23,606 nt of DNA from Tricharina praecox. Taxonomy: Eukaryota. Where the stretch lies: positions 62,001 to 85,606 of the forward strand of contig NW_026250452.1 of assembly GCF_024521635.1 (NCBI RefSeq), read 5' to 3'. This document shows positions 20,223 through 23,606 of the stretch, one piece after another. Every line of letters starts with the position of its first letter. Positions within the stretch are counted from its first letter, which is position 1. Position numbers and translations under genes: made by a program. A model generated the notes under the pieces. It searched no databases, was not told the DNA's origin, and worked only from the letters and a program-made list of their open reading frames with translations.

Positions 20223-21407
20223 GACCGCTGGGAGGTCTCGCCGCAATTTTAGTTGCAGTTGTGATAGGTGTGAGCCGGGGTGGTGTTGGTGGGCTGGGCT
20301 GACTCCAGCCGGGCAACGGCTGCTCGGAACGGATTTTGGTTCTCGTTGGGGCAATGCCTGGCGATGTGGCCACTTCCCCCACAGTACAGGCAGCGACCTT
20401 CGCGGAGCTGGGCAGCACGCTTTTGGTCTGGGATCCTGCGGCTGTTGGCACTCAAGTCCATGGCTCCGGGGGCCGTTCCTGTGGCAGTGGTCGTCACGGG
20501 CATGGTGTTATGGGTGGTGTGCCTGAGCGGCGCCGTAGGGTGTGGGGCGCTACTTTGCCGAGGGGGGTTGGTGGTGCGGCGTCCCTCACAAAGTTGGAGG
20601 GCACGCAGCTCGGAGTGAAGGCGTTGACAGAGGGCCACAAACTCATTGTAGTTGAGGCCCAGAGTACCGCCCACAAGTTGCCTGTGGAGTTCGATGGATA
20701 CTCCTTCTCGCAGCGCGTCAAGTTTCGCATGCTCGTCCCAATTGAGCTTGGAGACAAGCATCTGGAATTCCGCAAAGTAGGAGGTGAACTCCTTATTGCC
20801 TTGTTTCAGGTGGTGTAGCTTGCTTCGAGCGGTGGCCGCTGGGTCAGGGTCACCAAATGCGTTGTTCACGAGTGTGATGATCGCATCAGCGTCGGTGAGG
20901 GTGATGTTGTGGTTTTCGATGTACGGCAAGATCTGGGCTGTGCGCAGCCTTCCAAGTGGTTGAAGGCATAGGCCATACGGAGTGCTGGAGCGGGGAAACG
21001 GGCAGGGTCCCTGTATAGCTCAAGTCGAATCTGCGCAACGAACCCTTCCAGTTTCTCGCGTGTTCCGCCAAACATGGCGGGCTCTGGGACACGCTCAGCG
21101 AAGTTTTATGAGGTTGGGTTTCGACGGTGGCGAGGCGGTTGGCGATGCGGCGGGCGTCAGCATGTTGTTCTTCGAAGCCGTCGAAACGCCATGTTGGTAC
21201 CCCTCTTGGGGACAGGGTGATTGCGCGCGCAAGGATTGTGAAGCCGTTGTACAACCCCATCAGAGTTGCATCATCGGCGGGTGCGTCGTGGTTCATGATG
21301 ATTTCGAGTTGTTCGTAGATGGCAGCGGGAATTTCTCGGTAGAAGGGGGGTGCCACCGATACTTCCTCCTGCCTGGGTACGCTGGGTACCTGAGTGATGG
21401 TTGCCAT
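20210..21407 (-). pseudogene. gag: gag with two 1-bp frameshifts and a premature TAA
   Basis: ATG at 21407. Frameshifts near 21104 and 20939 link ...QPHK / FAERVPEPAMFGGTREKLEGFVAQIR...LEGCA / AQILPY...LKQGNKEFTSYFAEF...GAMDLS...GRCLYCGGSGHIARHC (CX2CX4HX4C at 20351-20392). TAA at 20249-20251; the same frame continues to SGKA*TAG at 20210. Confidence 0.88.
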
Positions 21408-21435
21408 GGTAGTTCGCTAGGTGAACAGATGGGGA

Positions 21436-21446
21436 ACGCAAAAAAG
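21436..21446 (-). other. PBS position: no tRNA-type TGG start; partly complementary to the putative R region (candidate self-priming site)
   Basis: Element sense CTTTTTTGCGT follows the 5' LTR and pairs at 8/11 positions with ACGCAACAACT (21777-21767), which starts 31 nt after the LTR TATA box. Confidence 0.45.
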
Positions 21447-22099
21447 TGTAACGGCACGGTCCGGCAAGGTTCCAGGTAGTGAAGCCGGGCGGGTGATCAG
21501 GTACTGGGTTCAGCAGAGGCAAGACAGGTTCGGAGGACAAGGCAAGGTAGGTGTAATAAAGTACACTGAGAAAGTGTTATACCACTCGACCTACAGGTAT
21601 TTCGATGGCTGAAGGCCATCATCCCAGTAGCTACTTAACGCCCGAATTTTTGAACTGTGACAGTAGGCCTCAATGCAGACGGCAACTGAGAACAGAGGCA
21701 GGGACAAGCACTACGGCGCTGACGGCAGCTGAGCCAAGGACAGAGGTAACACTTGTTGGATTAACAAGTTGTTGCGTGAAGAACTAAATACAGAGGGGAA
21801 ACAGCCAGTTTATATAGAAAATCCTGCACTTCTTCCCGCAACCTGACAATGACCGTGGGCGTGTGCAAGGCCTTGAGAAATCCACCTTGCCAGTACCCCG
21901 CTTCTGTGACTCACACCATGCGTAGCCGCACTACCCCTGCTTCCTGCACACAGCCATAATCCCCTGCGACTCATTACTGCGCTATCACTGCTCCCTGCAC
22001 ACAGCCTCCAACTCTTTGCGGCTCATCCGTGCACTCCCTCCCAACTCTTCTCATCTTTGCGCCAACCCTTCCTTTGTCATTCCGTCTAGTGCCGTGACA
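21447..22099 (-). repeat. 5' LTR (653 bp including a nested 111-bp insertion and its 5-bp TSD)
   Basis: Aligns with 15981-16539. 537 bp after removing the insertion; lacks about 22 bp of GCACTGCC repeats present in the 3' LTR. TATATAAA on the minus strand at 21809-21816. Confidence 0.92.
21552..21662. mobile_element. 111-bp TG...CA mini element (solo LTR/TRIM-like) with a perfect 5-bp TSD
   Basis: TGTAATAAA...CTGTGACA flanked by GTAGG (21547-21551 and 21663-21667). The paralogous LTR has a single GCAGG at 16081-16085 (empty site). Confidence 0.85.
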
Positions 22100-22679
22100 C
22101 ATCCGGCCTTCGGCAATGCATTCCCGTCGGAGGCGGCTGCCAGCTGCCGCGAACACCTGTAAAACTGTGACAATCAGGTCCTGACTGAAGCCAACAGAGG
22201 GGGAACGCCCATGGGGCCGCCCTAGACAATCGGGAAATAGGGGAATATTCAGATGATGAATAGGTCGACGCCTCCATTGGGTATGTGGAGGTTGTTGCGT
22301 GTGTTTTTGTGTATTTTTTCAAAAGGAAGGATGAGTGCGGGCGCAGGGGTTCTACAAAGCTGGGGAGGATGGCCGGGGATTCTGTTTGCCAACGGTGGTC
22401 TCGTTTCGATGGGTGGTATGTTTAGGCTCACGACAGAACGTAAATGCAGATTGAATCTCACCAGGAGAGTTCACCTGATGCAACGTAAACGCCGCACACA
22501 ACTTGGCGGATGGTTGACATGAGCGTCGGCACGTCTATACTAAATCACCCCAGGAAAATAAACGTGACGAAACAAACAGATCAACGCGTGAGGATTTCCT
22601 TCCAAGTTGAACAAAGGCAAGGGTAGCTAGCTTCATTGAATGATCCAGCGGACCATTTGCACAGCAACACATACTAGGG

Positions 22680-23606
22680 ATGGAAAAGAGAGATCAAAAA
22701 ATTTGATTTAATAGACAGAAAAATTCCCATTTGGTTGCGCATTCTCCATCGCCTACGCGAATCAGGATAGAATAGCGCGCTTTTCAGCGCAAAGTGCCTC
22801 AGGCGAAACAGCGCGGTGTGAGATACACATTGATAAAAGAACAAAAAATTACGATGCAGAAAACAAAAATATCCACACAAGGTCAACAGATTCCAACCAA
22901 ACTCAACATGAATGCAGAATGAAAAGACTAAAGGGAAAAGAATAGAAGCAAACGGCGCCCAGCGTTGACCGCACCCGCTGGCTCCAGAAGAGATTAAACA
23001 TATTTCGACCACGAAATCTGAAAACACGGAGAGGCAAAGCCACTAACTTTTTGCTCAACAGTCGCAAATATCTCAGAGTTCCTTATCACAATACTGTGCG
23101 ATATCGTGACAATATATCGACTGGGTAGTAAAAGGAACACAAACTGTGATGGTAAATGAGAGTTTAAAGAAAGAGTATAGTTAACAACATCGGTTACGGT
23201 GGCAGGAACTTTGCAGATCAAAACGGAGGCTGCCTTTGCCGTAACTAATCTCAATGTTATCGATAAACATGACACAAGCGTCGAGAAATCAGGAAAACAA
23301 AACCGAAAAGTTGCCCTCCGCGAACGGAGGTAATTTTTCCAACTAATTAGAGCAAAAAAATGTTCTACTAAAAATTCAGCAAAAATAGAGGACGGGCAAT
23401 GTAAGAGACATACATGCGGAGCAATGATTGTGATAGAACGAACATATCAAGACTGTGGGAGTCCTTGGGGGATTCCAACGGTGTCAGCGACACGGCGCAT
23501 TTATTACGTCGTTGGAGCGGAGCCGATGAGAGCAGTGGATCTTCGATAGTGAAAGGATCGAGAACGTAGAGCTCCAGCTTTTTTCGGGTATACTGAATAG
23601 AATCGA
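22680..23606 (+). pseudogene. Possible highly decayed Gypsy-type integrase relic
   Basis: A-rich strand with fragments in integrase-like order: QRGVRYTL (22809), HEC (22907), EAKPL..ANISEFL (23031), DGK*EFK (~23148), VALRER (23310). Many stops and indels. Confidence 0.3.

Larger units (their letters stand above)
15981..22099 (-). mobile_element. Ty3/Gypsy LTR retrotransposon (chromovirus type), near full-length but defective
   Basis: Two LTRs (element sense TGTCACGGC...GTTACA), gag with a CCHC knuckle, pol in the order PR-RT-RH-IN-chromodomain, and a PPT. One in-frame stop in pol; two frameshifts and a premature stop in gag; no TSD (GTGGT vs CATCC). Confidence 0.95.

Noticed and set aside
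22249..22522. Possible small spliced minus-strand gene, and another GTTGTTGCGT at 22291
   Set aside because: No convincing in-frame exon chain, and the 10-mer is not next to an LTR end, so it is not a PBS.

Overview
Eukaryotic DNA from a filamentous ascomycete (short GT-AG introns with CTRAC branch points). The repeats show no RIP signature. Four intact intron-containing genes can be rebuilt by hand: an MFS high-affinity hexose transporter (2145-4055, +, 6 exons, 520 aa), a DOPA 4,5-dioxygenase-family gene (4342-4987, -, 2 exons, 194 aa), a HET-domain protein (5966-8295, -, 2 exons, 758 aa) and a secreted, GPI-anchored X325/BIM1-like histidine-brace copper protein (12020-12804, +, 3 exons, 221 aa). 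A 5'-truncated LINE flanked by an 11-bp direct repeat lies upstream of the HET gene. The right half is a transposon nest dominated by a defective chromodomain-bearing Ty3/Gypsy element (15981-22099, -). Its LTRs are about 80% identical in the one 100-bp segment counted, yet share a perfectly identical 107-bp core and have no TSD. It has no tRNA PBS but has a candidate Tf1-like self-priming site. A 111-bp TG...CA mini element with a perfect 5-bp TSD is nested in its 5' LTR, and other very short TG...CA elements lie nearby. Best leads: the mini LTR-like elements, the chimeric and possibly self-priming LTR pair, and Met-Asn at the inferred third copper-ligand loop of the X325 protein. All family assignments are from motif recognition by eye; no database searches were run.
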